A stretch of DNA of 64,000 nucleotides from an uncultured Hyphomicrobiales bacterium (GTDB taxonomy: Bacteria; Bacteroidota; Ignavibacteria; Kapaibacteriales; UBA2268), in NCBI GenBank assembly GCA_964513465.1, contig CAZEMR010000001.1, forward strand, positions 377 through 64,376. Direction: 5' to 3'. A program made the position numbers and the translations under genes. Of the stretch, positions 1-7,884 are shown piece by piece; the stretch's first letter is position 1, and every line of letters starts with the position of its first letter. The notes beneath the pieces are model-generated. The model searched no databases. It was not told the DNA's origin and was given only the letters and a program-made list of their open reading frames with translations.

Positions 1-846
1 GCCGTAATGCCCTATATTGCTTACATCGCGGCCATTTTCGGGTATAATATCCATCTCGCCGGGATTTAATTTCAGATATAAACAGATTTTCTTTTTATAA
101 GTTTGAATACAAACAAAATTCTGGCTGGTTTTGTATGCAATATATTTTTTTTTGGGAATTTCTTGGATTGATGAATCCAGCGAGGTTATGTAATCCCTTA
201 TGTTATCGAGAATATCGGTCATTGTAGGCGATAACTTTGCGGTATGCTCTTCGACGGTATAAACAGATATCGTGCCTGTATCGGCAGTTTTGGGACCGGG
301 ATTGACTATTTCGGATTTTTTGTCGGATGAATTTATTAAAGGACGATGCGAGGCGCTTCTTTGGCGAAATACCTCCTCGATGGCGAGAATCCCGTTTTCG
401 TACAATTTATATTGCCATAATTCGATATTTGCGCCCATCACCTGAACTGCATGCAAGTCGTACTTTTTGAATTCCGGGGCAAGACATATCACCCTGACAT
501 CACTCCAATCCACTTCGACTTCCGCGCCCAGAGCGGAGTTTGCCGCTATTTTAAAATCGCCCTTATGGTCTATTATCCAATGCAAATAATACAGGCTTTG
601 ATTAATCAAATCGGATGATTGAGTTTTTTTATATTCGATAATTACAGGGTTTTGATCCTCGGAAAGCGCCAGTGTGTCAATTCTGCCGGAGTGGATATTA
701 CCGGTCGAAAATTCAGTGGCAATAAATTGACAACTGAAAATTGTTTCAAGATTATTTTCAACCAGTTTTTGCAGGTCTTTTTCCAGTTTGAATTCGCTCA
801 GACGAATTCTTTTAGCATTTCCATTCTCAATTTCGAAAATTGGCAT
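1..846 (-). CDS. PD-(D/E)xK nuclease-like protein (NucS/DUF91-like N-terminal half, DUF5655-like C-terminal half); C-terminus lies outside the window
   Basis: Own minus-strand translation from ATG at 846-844 (AGGA 6 nt upstream): MPIFEIENGNAKRIRLSEFKLEKDLQKLVENNLE...GRIDTLALSEDQNPVIIEYKK (D..ExK core)...KKKYIAYKTSQNFVCIQTYKKKICLYLKL. Frame stays open to base 1, so it is absent from the ORF track (no stop in window). Confidence 0.6.
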   Translation of the reverse strand, partial: MPIFEIENGNAKRIRLSEFKLEKDLQKLVENNLETIFSCQFIATEFSTGNIHSGRIDTLALSEDQNPVIIEYKKTQSSDLINQSLYYLHWIIDHKGDFKIAANSALGAEVEVDWSDVRVICLAPEFKKYDLHAVQVMGANIELWQYKLYENGILAIEEVFRQRSASHRPLINSSDKKSEIVNPGPKTADTGTISVYTVEEHTAKLSPTMTDILDNIRDYITSLDSSIQEIPKKKYIAYKTSQNFVCIQTYKKKICLYLKLNPGEMDIIPENGRDVSNIGHYG

Positions 847-893
847 CTTTTATCCTGAAGAATATATATACATTGAATTATTCGGATGTGGTT

Positions 894-1505
894 TCACCGT
901 TTCAGCCAGTCTTCGCGGAGCGCCGAAAGCGCTTCGGGTGATAGCTGTGGCGCGTCGTATTTGCCGGCGGCGGCGCGCTGGCGGAATACTTCGTAGAGGC
1001 TGACAGCAGCGGCCACCGAGATGTTCAGGCTCTGGATCATGCCCACCTGCGGGATCAGGAAGTTGGCGTCGGCAAGCTCGAGCGCGCGTTCGGAGACTCC
1101 TTCGTGCTCGTTGCCGAATACGAGGGCCACCGGTTCATCGAGCCGGAGATCGTATAGCGAGACCGCATCGGCGGACATGTGGGTTGTGTATATTTTTTTG
1201 CCCTCGGCGCGGACGGCGGCGAAGCATTCCTCTACCGAGTCGTAGCGGTGGATGTCGATCCATTTTTTTGCGCTGCCGCTGCTTTTGCGGCCGAGCCTGG
1301 GGAATGGCTGATCGCCGTGGTAGATAAGGTGGACGTCGATTATGCCGATGGCGTCGCAGCTGCGGAGCACCGCCGAGAGATTGTGGGGGTCGTTGATATT
1401 CTCGAGTATGACGGTGACGTCCGGCTGTCGTTTTTGGATTACTGCGTCGATTTTAATGATTCGTTCTTCCGTGCGTTCGCGTTTATATCCTGATCGTTTT
1501 CCCAT
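894..1505 (-). CDS. trmH: SpoU/TrmH-family RNA 2'-O-methyltransferase
   Basis: 203 aa ORF with SpoU motifs NINDPHNLSAVLRSCDAIG, VFGNEHEGVS, IPQVGMIQSLNISVAAAV; 20 bp downstream of the preceding gene. Confidence 0.75.
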   Translation of the reverse strand: MGKRSGYKRERTEERIIKIDAVIQKRQPDVTVILENINDPHNLSAVLRSCDAIGIIDVHLIYHGDQPFPRLGRKSSGSAKKWIDIHRYDSVEECFAAVRAEGKKIYTTHMSADAVSLYDLRLDEPVALVFGNEHEGVSERALELADANFLIPQVGMIQSLNISVAAAVSLYEVFRQRAAAGKYDAPQLSPEALSALREDWLKR

Positions 1506-1525
1506 TTTTCCGATAATAATAAATA

Positions 1526-2008
1526 TTAATCAATATTTTCCAGGCGTGCCCGGTCGGCAGGGGCGAGCGCCATTTCGTCGGCCGTTTTCGACGGGGTGGG
1601 GCGGATTGAGATATAAAGCAACAGCGAAAGCATGGCGATTACGAGATGAGCATAATCGCCGGTCAGGAAGAAAGCGATTGCCGCGACCGTGGTTGCGAGC
1701 TCGATCGGAGCGTAGCGGGGTACGATTGTTTCGCGATAAATCGCAATCTTTTTGGACAAATCGGCCTCGGCCGCGAGCGGGCGGATGCGTTTATTGAAAC
1801 TGACTATGCTGAACGCGATCAGGGCGATTGCGATTATCGGCACAATTATATAAAATATGCCGCCGGAATCGGCCAAAAATGCCTCGGTTTCGCCCAATCG
1901 AAGTATTGTAAAAAGCAGTACAAAAATCACCTGCCCGACCAGCAATGCTAAATAGAATTTTTTCTGAAACCGAAAGAAATCAATAAGTTCTTTTGATTTA
2001 TTTTCCAA
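1526..2008 (-). CDS. hypothetical integral membrane protein (about 4 TM helices)
   Basis: 160 aa ORF with hydrophobic segments (FYLALLVGQVIFVLLFTIL, IFYIIVPIIAIALIAFSIV, IELATTVAAIAFFL, LVIAMLSLLLYI); 16 bp after nuoD and 20 bp before trmH; no family recognised. Confidence 0.55.
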   Translation of the reverse strand: MENKSKELIDFFRFQKKFYLALLVGQVIFVLLFTILRLGETEAFLADSGGIFYIIVPIIAIALIAFSIVSFNKRIRPLAAEADLSKKIAIYRETIVPRYAPIELATTVAAIAFFLTGDYAHLVIAMLSLLLYISIRPTPSKTADEMALAPADRARLENID

Positions 2009-2024
2009 AATTTTCTCCGAATTA

Positions 2025-3299
2025 TTACTTATCCGCTTCGCCCATGATCGGATCGATCGAACCGATTATAGCTACAATATCCGCCACCATCGAGCCTTCG
2101 GACATATAGCTCAGGCCCTGCAGATTGGCCGTCGATGGGCTGCGAATCTTCATTCGCCAGGGGTAGCCGGTGCCGTTGGATACGATGAAAAATCCGAGCT
2201 CGCCCTTGGGCGATTCGATTGCGGTATAGGTTTCGCCGGGTTCTGGCGCCGCGCCGAAATTGACCAGCATAAAGTCGTTGATCAAATCCTCCATCTTTGT
2301 GTAGACCTCATCCTTATCCGGAAGTGAGGTGCGATGGTTGTCGAGCCGGATTTCGCCCTTTGGCATTTTGTCAAGTATCTGATGAATAATATTGATACTC
2401 TGCTTCATTTCCTCGATGCGCACGAGATAGCGCGAGCGCACGTCGCAATCGGGGAATGTAACCACATCGAAATCGAGCTGGTCGTATATCAAATACGGAT
2501 TATCCCGTCGCAGGTCGCGCGTAATGCCGGATCCGCGCAGAGTCGGACCGGTAAGGCCGAGCGATATCGCCTTCTCCGGTGGCATATGACCCACGCCTGC
2601 CACGCGGTCGATAAATATGCGGTTGCGGTTAACGAGCTTTTCGCTGTTGGCGAGTTCGGCCGGGAACTGGAGCGCCCACTGGCGAATTTCCTCGAGCACT
2701 TCGTCGGAAATATCATTGGCAACTCCGCCTATCCTCGAATACGAAGTGGTAAACCGTGCGCCGCAGATGTGCTCGAACAGGTCGTACATCTTCTCGCGTT
2801 CGACGAATGTCCATAGCAGCACTGTCAGCGCGCCGACATCCATACAGGTCGACCCCACAGCCATCAAATGCGACGAAATACGCGCCATTTCGGCCACCAG
2901 CACGCGAATCCACTGCGCGCGCTCCGGAGCCTCGATGCCGAGCGCCTTATCGACGGCCAGAGTGAAAGCCACATTGTTCGACATCGGCGAGAGGTAGTCC
3001 AGCCGGTCGGTATGCGGGATGTATTCGTGGAAAGTCATATTCTCGGCCATTTTCTCATAGCCGCGATGCAGATAGCCCAGCTCGGGGATGCATTTGATAA
3101 TGGTCTCGCCGTCGAGCCTGAGCAGGACCCTCAGCACGCCATGAGTAGCCGGGTGCTGTGGGCCCATATTCAGTATCATATCATTTTCGAGAGGATCCTC
3201 GAATATAAGCGAGGCGTCTTTCTCGGCTAATTCTCTGAGAATTTTGTGCTGACGAATTTTATTAATTCGGTCGATCTCTGCCTGTGATTTGACGTTCAT
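2025..3299 (-). CDS. nuoD: NADH-quinone oxidoreductase subunit D (49 kDa subunit)
   Basis: 424 aa; MILNMGPQHPATHGVLRVLLRLDGE, LHRGYEKMAE and C-terminal IVAIIGSIDPIMGEADK are typical NuoD; no NiFe-hydrogenase CxxC metal motifs. Confidence 0.9.
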   Translation of the reverse strand: MNVKSQAEIDRINKIRQHKILRELAEKDASLIFEDPLENDMILNMGPQHPATHGVLRVLLRLDGETIIKCIPELGYLHRGYEKMAENMTFHEYIPHTDRLDYLSPMSNNVAFTLAVDKALGIEAPERAQWIRVLVAEMARISSHLMAVGSTCMDVGALTVLLWTFVEREKMYDLFEHICGARFTTSYSRIGGVANDISDEVLEEIRQWALQFPAELANSEKLVNRNRIFIDRVAGVGHMPPEKAISLGLTGPTLRGSGITRDLRRDNPYLIYDQLDFDVVTFPDCDVRSRYLVRIEEMKQSINIIHQILDKMPKGEIRLDNHRTSLPDKDEVYTKMEDLINDFMLVNFGAAPEPGETYTAIESPKGELGFFIVSNGTGYPWRMKIRSPSTANLQGLSYMSEGSMVADIVAIIGSIDPIMGEADK

Positions 3300-3386
3300 G
3301 TGAACTCCGGAATGAAAACGGAAATCTCGAATCAGTATAAAATACGCAACCTCGCGCGTTCAAACAAATGGTTATTGCGATTTTCT

Positions 3387-4424
3387 TTATTTTTCTTCGG
3401 AATTCAGAAAATCGAGATAGCGATGCTCGGGACGATTTTTCCAATTTCCTTTATGATAGGCATAGGAAACGATCATCGGCATTGCCATTGTCGCCTCGGC
3501 GAACACCATCTGTTCGTGCGTGGTTTCGACCTTGCCCCACGAGCTTGCTTCCTTCAGAGTAGAGCCCGAAAGCCCGCCGTCGCGCTCGTCTGCCACCGTT
3601 ATCTGGATGGCGTATTTGTGCATATCCGCGTCGATGCCGAGGATGTCGGCTGCGACCACGACGTCCTGAGTGAAATTCTTCGGAACTCCGCCACCGATCA
3701 TTAATATGCCCGTATCGACAGCTTTGATTTTAATTTTGGTTAATTCAAGAAAATCTTTAGCCGAATCGATCGAGACCATGCCATCCTTTTGGTGGTACTG
3801 ATGATGCACAAGGCCGAATCCAGCGCTGCAATCGGAGAATGCCGGCACGAATATCGGCACACCCTTTTCGTAGGCGGTGCGCACAACCGAACCCTCGCCG
3901 CGATTGTTGTCCGCCAGCCAGCGGCCCATTTCCTCGATGAACTCGCGCGAGCTGTAGGGGCCCGGATCGAGGCTGTTGGCGATTTCGGCGGTAGTCATAT
4001 CGCAGACCCGGAGTTCTTCCTCGTCGATATATGTATCATAAATGCGGTCTATCATCAGATCGCGCAGCTCGTTATCGTCAACATTCGGAGTGCCTTGGTA
4101 ATGCTTGAATCCAAGCGCCTCGAGGAAGTCCTGATCGACGATCACAGCGCCGGTGGATACGATTGCGTCGATCATTTTGTTGTTGATCATATCGACCACG
4201 ACGTTCTTCAGGCCTGCGCTGAAAAGCGAGCCCGCAAGCGTCAGTATAACACTGGTCTTGCCGTCGCCGAGCATCATATCATAAATCGTAGCGGCTCGGT
4301 GAAGATTACGCGCCTGGAATGCCATTTTGCCGTAAGCATCGATAAGCGGTGTTACGTCATGCTTTTTAATATCAATGTGTTCGACTATTCTGTCCTTATT
4401 CAGGAAGTCTTTTTTTTCTGCCAT
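3387..4424 (-). CDS. deoxyhypusine synthase family protein (bacterial homospermidine-synthase-like)
   Basis: 345 aa from ATG 4424 (GGAGA 6 nt upstream; the longer 359 aa start lacks an RBS). Family-typical stretches TLAGSLFSAGL, IDAIVSTGAVIVDQD, IMIGGGVPKNF, GGLSGSTLKEASSWGK. Confidence 0.8.
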   Translation of the reverse strand: MAEKKDFLNKDRIVEHIDIKKHDVTPLIDAYGKMAFQARNLHRAATIYDMMLGDGKTSVILTLAGSLFSAGLKNVVVDMINNKMIDAIVSTGAVIVDQDFLEALGFKHYQGTPNVDDNELRDLMIDRIYDTYIDEEELRVCDMTTAEIANSLDPGPYSSREFIEEMGRWLADNNRGEGSVVRTAYEKGVPIFVPAFSDCSAGFGLVHHQYHQKDGMVSIDSAKDFLELTKIKIKAVDTGILMIGGGVPKNFTQDVVVAADILGIDADMHKYAIQITVADERDGGLSGSTLKEASSWGKVETTHEQMVFAEATMAMPMIVSYAYHKGNWKNRPEHRYLDFLNSEEK

Positions 4425-4533
4425 AAAATGTCTCCATTGGAATAATTTGAATATATATAGATGCAAAAATAATCATATTTTAAATAATTCCCGCCTCGTA
4501 ACAAACGGAAATCAAAATAAAAAAAACGGAAAA

Positions 4534-5418
4534 TTATAAATATTTGGAGTATTCTCTGAGGAAATTCAGCTCGTCGCCGGAGAGGGATTCCTTGCCGGAT
4601 TCGTTAATTTTGTCCAGGATGTCATTAAGGCGTTCTTCGTCGATATATCGGTCGCCGGAGGGCCGGATCCGCGTATCCTCGTCGGCATTATAATGATAGC
4701 GGCGCAATTCGGTTTCCGATAGTATTGCGTGGTGGAGCTCTTCGGGCTGGGGGATGACGGGTTCTTCCTCGATCCTGGCCTTGCGGAAATTAATACGCTG
4801 GGCTAGCCGGATTTGCAGATAAGTCATTAGCGATGCCGCCAGACCGAATGATCCGACCGAGAGCAGGCTTTTGATGTCAACAGACTGGAATTCATATATT
4901 CTGAATAATTTAAATCCGCTCCATAATGCAAACAATGCCGCCGGAGTGATATAGCTCTTAAGCGGCGGAAGCCGGAATATCTTCAGCCGGTTCTGGACGT
5001 TCAGGAGTACAAAAAGCGACATTACATATATCGATATGCCCTCCATTCCTTCCAGCGGTATAGAGCTTTTCCAGTATACCAGGGTATGCAGAATTCCGTG
5101 AAGGCTGAGCAGCAAAAAAAGCACGGTCGAGAACAGCATGTTGCCCATGATGTCCTCAAGCCGAGGCGCAAACAGCAGAAATGCCGCAAGAAACAGAACG
5201 GCGCCTTCGATGCTGCCAGGGATGAAAGGATAGGTGAACAATCGCCAGAATTCGAATTCCTGGACTATCATAGCGGGATTTAGCACAAAAAGTGAATTAA
5301 GCTTCCATCCCATCAGATAGTTGATCAGATACAGGCATCCGGTGACCACAAGGAATATCCTCGAGAAACTCGTTGCCGGTCGGCTGCCGTTAATATTTTT
5401 GATAAATGAATGCTTCAA
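4534..5418 (-). CDS. rhomboid-like polytopic membrane protein with a soluble C-terminal tail domain (DUF6576-like)
   Basis: 294 aa; rhomboid-type FWRLFTYPF motif and about 6 hydrophobic helices; C-terminal ERLNDILDKINESGKESLSGDELNFLREYSKYL. Canonical HxxxN, GxSG and His motifs are not obvious by eye. Confidence 0.5.
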   Translation of the reverse strand: MKHSFIKNINGSRPATSFSRIFLVVTGCLYLINYLMGWKLNSLFVLNPAMIVQEFEFWRLFTYPFIPGSIEGAVLFLAAFLLFAPRLEDIMGNMLFSTVLFLLLSLHGILHTLVYWKSSIPLEGMEGISIYVMSLFVLLNVQNRLKIFRLPPLKSYITPAALFALWSGFKLFRIYEFQSVDIKSLLSVGSFGLAASLMTYLQIRLAQRINFRKARIEEEPVIPQPEELHHAILSETELRRYHYNADEDTRIRPSGDRYIDEERLNDILDKINESGKESLSGDELNFLREYSKYL

Positions 5419-5433
5419 TTTGCTGAATACCCG

Positions 5434-5907
5434 TTATTTAAGTGAATCGATCAGTTCGTCCACTTTATTTATATCGACATTTTCGTAATAATCTTCATTG
5501 ATTGCTATCATCGGCGCTCCGCCGCATGCGCCCATGCACTCGACTTCCTCGAGTGAAAATACGCCGTCGTCGGAGACTTCGTTGTGGCCCACTCCGAGCC
5601 GTTCGCTGACGTGATGGAATATCTCCTCGCCAAGATTCAGCATGCAAGAGACGTTAGTGCACACCTGGATATGATACCTGCCCATCGGCTTTTTGAAATA
5701 CATCGTGTAAAAAGTCGCCACGCCCTCTACATGCGCCACCGAGAGCCCTAAAAGTTCGGCGCAATATTTCATGACGTCCTTCGAGAGCCATCCGAATTTT
5801 TTCTGAGCCATCCACAGCACAGGCATGATTGCGGCCTGAGATTCCGGATATTTTTTCTTTATACTATCGATTTTTTCGAGTTCTTCTGGTGAAAACTGAA
5901 TTTCCAT
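5434..5907 (-). CDS. nuoE: NADH-quinone oxidoreductase subunit E-like thioredoxin-fold [2Fe-2S] protein
   Basis: 157 aa from ATG 5907 (AGGAGA 8 nt upstream); NuoE pattern AIMPVLWMAQKKFGWL, VATFYTMY, cluster cysteines in IQVCTNVSC and ECMGACGGAP. Confidence 0.85.
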   Translation of the reverse strand: MEIQFSPEELEKIDSIKKKYPESQAAIMPVLWMAQKKFGWLSKDVMKYCAELLGLSVAHVEGVATFYTMYFKKPMGRYHIQVCTNVSCMLNLGEEIFHHVSERLGVGHNEVSDDGVFSLEEVECMGACGGAPMIAINEDYYENVDINKVDELIDSLK

Positions 5908-5994
5908 ATGCATTTCTCTCCTGAACCGACGGAAAAATTTAATATAAAATCAAGAAGTTAATTTAATAAAAATTTTATATTAATAAAATATAAA

Positions 5995-6906
5995 TTATCG
6001 TTTGTGCTTCTTCAAACGCTTGACGAACATCCCGATAGAAAGCCAGTGCTTGAGTGTGATCATCAGCTTGTGCATGCGAGATACCCGGATTTTTCGTTTG
6101 AATACATTGAAATCATTCAATTCGATTTTTTCTAAAAGCCGGTAATAAATTGCGTCCATTACTTCGGCGGCGAGAATATTCTGGCGTTCGTCAGGTCTGA
6201 GCGAAGTCCGCGCCTTGTGGTAATACTCCCGCACCCGGCGGGTCTGGAATCGCATCAGCTCGACGAAGTTCTCGTTATAAACTTCGTTAATCAGGTCTTC
6301 CTCTGAATATCCGAACCGGCGCATATCCTCCTGCGGCATATAGATATAGCCGCGGTCTTTGTCGATTTTAATGTCGCGCAATATATTAGTCAGTTGCAGC
6401 GCATAACCGAGATTGACAGCATAATTTTTGGTTTCCTCATATTTATATCCGAATATTTCGATGCTGATCAGTCCGACCACGCTGGCTACCGAATAGCAGT
6501 ATTCTTTGAGCTCTTCGAATGTTTCGTAGCGGTTTTGCATCAGATCGCGGCGGCATCCATCGATCAGAGTTGTAAAATACTGGCGGGGAATATCGAACCG
6601 CTGGATCACTTTCTGGAATGGCCGTAGCAGAGGGCTTCTCAGCCGGCCATCATAAATTTTTTCGAGTTCGCGTTCCCACCACTCAAGGCGCTGCATTTTG
6701 TATTCTGCGGCGGCCTGGCTGGGAGTGGGGGTGCTGTCCACAATATCGTCGATATAACTGCAAAAAGCGTAAACGGAATGGATTGCGCTGCGTTCCTCTT
6801 TGGGGAGCAACGTAAAAGAATACAGGAAGTTCGACTTCTCCGTTTCCGGAGGAGCCACATTTTCGTAGTTTGCCAGTTCCTGTTGGGTAATTATATCCAT
6901 AATCAT
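5995..6906 (-). CDS. hpnD: squalene/phytoene synthase family protein, HpnD-like presqualene diphosphate synthase
   Basis: 303 aa; SNFLYSFTLLPKEERSAIHSVYAFCSYIDDIVD (first DDxxD-type motif), YCYSVASVVG, NILRDIKIDKDRGYIYMPQED; 4 bp after the HpnC-like gene. Confidence 0.7.
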   Translation of the reverse strand: MIMDIITQQELANYENVAPPETEKSNFLYSFTLLPKEERSAIHSVYAFCSYIDDIVDSTPTPSQAAAEYKMQRLEWWERELEKIYDGRLRSPLLRPFQKVIQRFDIPRQYFTTLIDGCRRDLMQNRYETFEELKEYCYSVASVVGLISIEIFGYKYEETKNYAVNLGYALQLTNILRDIKIDKDRGYIYMPQEDMRRFGYSEEDLINEVYNENFVELMRFQTRRVREYYHKARTSLRPDERQNILAAEVMDAIYYRLLEKIELNDFNVFKRKIRVSRMHKLMITLKHWLSIGMFVKRLKKHKR

Positions 6907-6910
6907 TTAA

Positions 6911-7819
6911 TTATAAAAGTGCTTTAAGCAATATAGTCAACATTTCAAATTTATTTATATGGGGTCTTATCCTAGCTATATCGCCTTTTAACTCTCTGCA
7001 TTTTTTGAGTATAGTCAGTCCGCCTTCTACAGTGGCGGCTATTTCAAGCTTTAGTCGGTATGGTCTGAGTCGCGGAATTAATTTTTTCCCACGAGCGAAT
7101 TTCTCTTCAGTGATCTCGTATAGTTCCCTTAAACACGAATATAATGAATCAGAATTTTCGGAACTAATAAAATTTTTGCAGTTAAGCCCGGCTTTGTCTA
7201 ATAATTTACGAGGAATATACACTCTTTCGCTTTTAAAATCGACGGAAATATCCTGCCAGAAATTCACCATTTGCAGCGCAGTGCAGATTTCGTCGCTCAG
7301 TTCAATATTACTCTCATCCGCCACATCGAAGATACGCAGCAGCATTTCGCCAACCGGATTTGCAGAATAATGGCAATATTCATAAATATCATCTATCGTT
7401 TCCGGCTGGACAAAATTCACATCCCGGCGGAATGCCTCCAAAAGGCGCAAAGGCAGCTCCGAAGGGATCGACTTTGCGGTCATCGTATTTCTTAGCGGAA
7501 TGAATATCGGGTGGCCTTTGATTTTTGCGGCAGGGTATACAACATAATCCGCCATTTTATTTAGATAATTAATCTTTTCGCTTTTGTCGCCGATGTGATT
7601 TTCGTCGGCAACATCGTCGGCCAGCCGCGCAAAGGCGTATATGGCATAAATATGCGGCTGTTCATTTCTGGGGATAAGCGCCGAGCCGACAGGGAAATTC
7701 TCATAATGGCCGAGAGCGATTTTTTTGCAGAAATCATAGCCTTCGGTAAGTGAACCGATAATATAATTGCCGCCATCAGCCCTGTATAAATCGGATAATA
7801 TTTCTTTGTTGAATTCCAT
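6911..7819 (-). CDS. hpnC: squalene synthase HpnC-like (hydroxysqualene synthase family)
   Basis: 302 aa from internal ATG 7819 (the longer ORF start would overlap ppiD); HYENFPVGS hallmark, IYAIYAFARLADDVADE, YCHYSANPVGEMLL, NFWQDISVDFKSERVYIP. Confidence 0.75.
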   Translation of the reverse strand: MEFNKEILSDLYRADGGNYIIGSLTEGYDFCKKIALGHYENFPVGSALIPRNEQPHIYAIYAFARLADDVADENHIGDKSEKINYLNKMADYVVYPAAKIKGHPIFIPLRNTMTAKSIPSELPLRLLEAFRRDVNFVQPETIDDIYEYCHYSANPVGEMLLRIFDVADESNIELSDEICTALQMVNFWQDISVDFKSERVYIPRKLLDKAGLNCKNFISSENSDSLYSCLRELYEITEEKFARGKKLIPRLRPYRLKLEIAATVEGGLTILKKCRELKGDIARIRPHINKFEMLTILLKALL

Positions 7820-7884
7820 GTAATTATAAAAAAGAGGGCTGTCCCGCATGTGCGAAACAGCCCCGTTGGATTCTATCCTGGTGA

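Noticed and set aside
619-1003. Plus-strand ORFs of 79 and 71 aa at the left end (619-858 and 788-1003).
   Set aside because: They overlap the minus-strand nuclease-like gene (1-846) and trmH, both of which have recognisable motifs. The translations look random.
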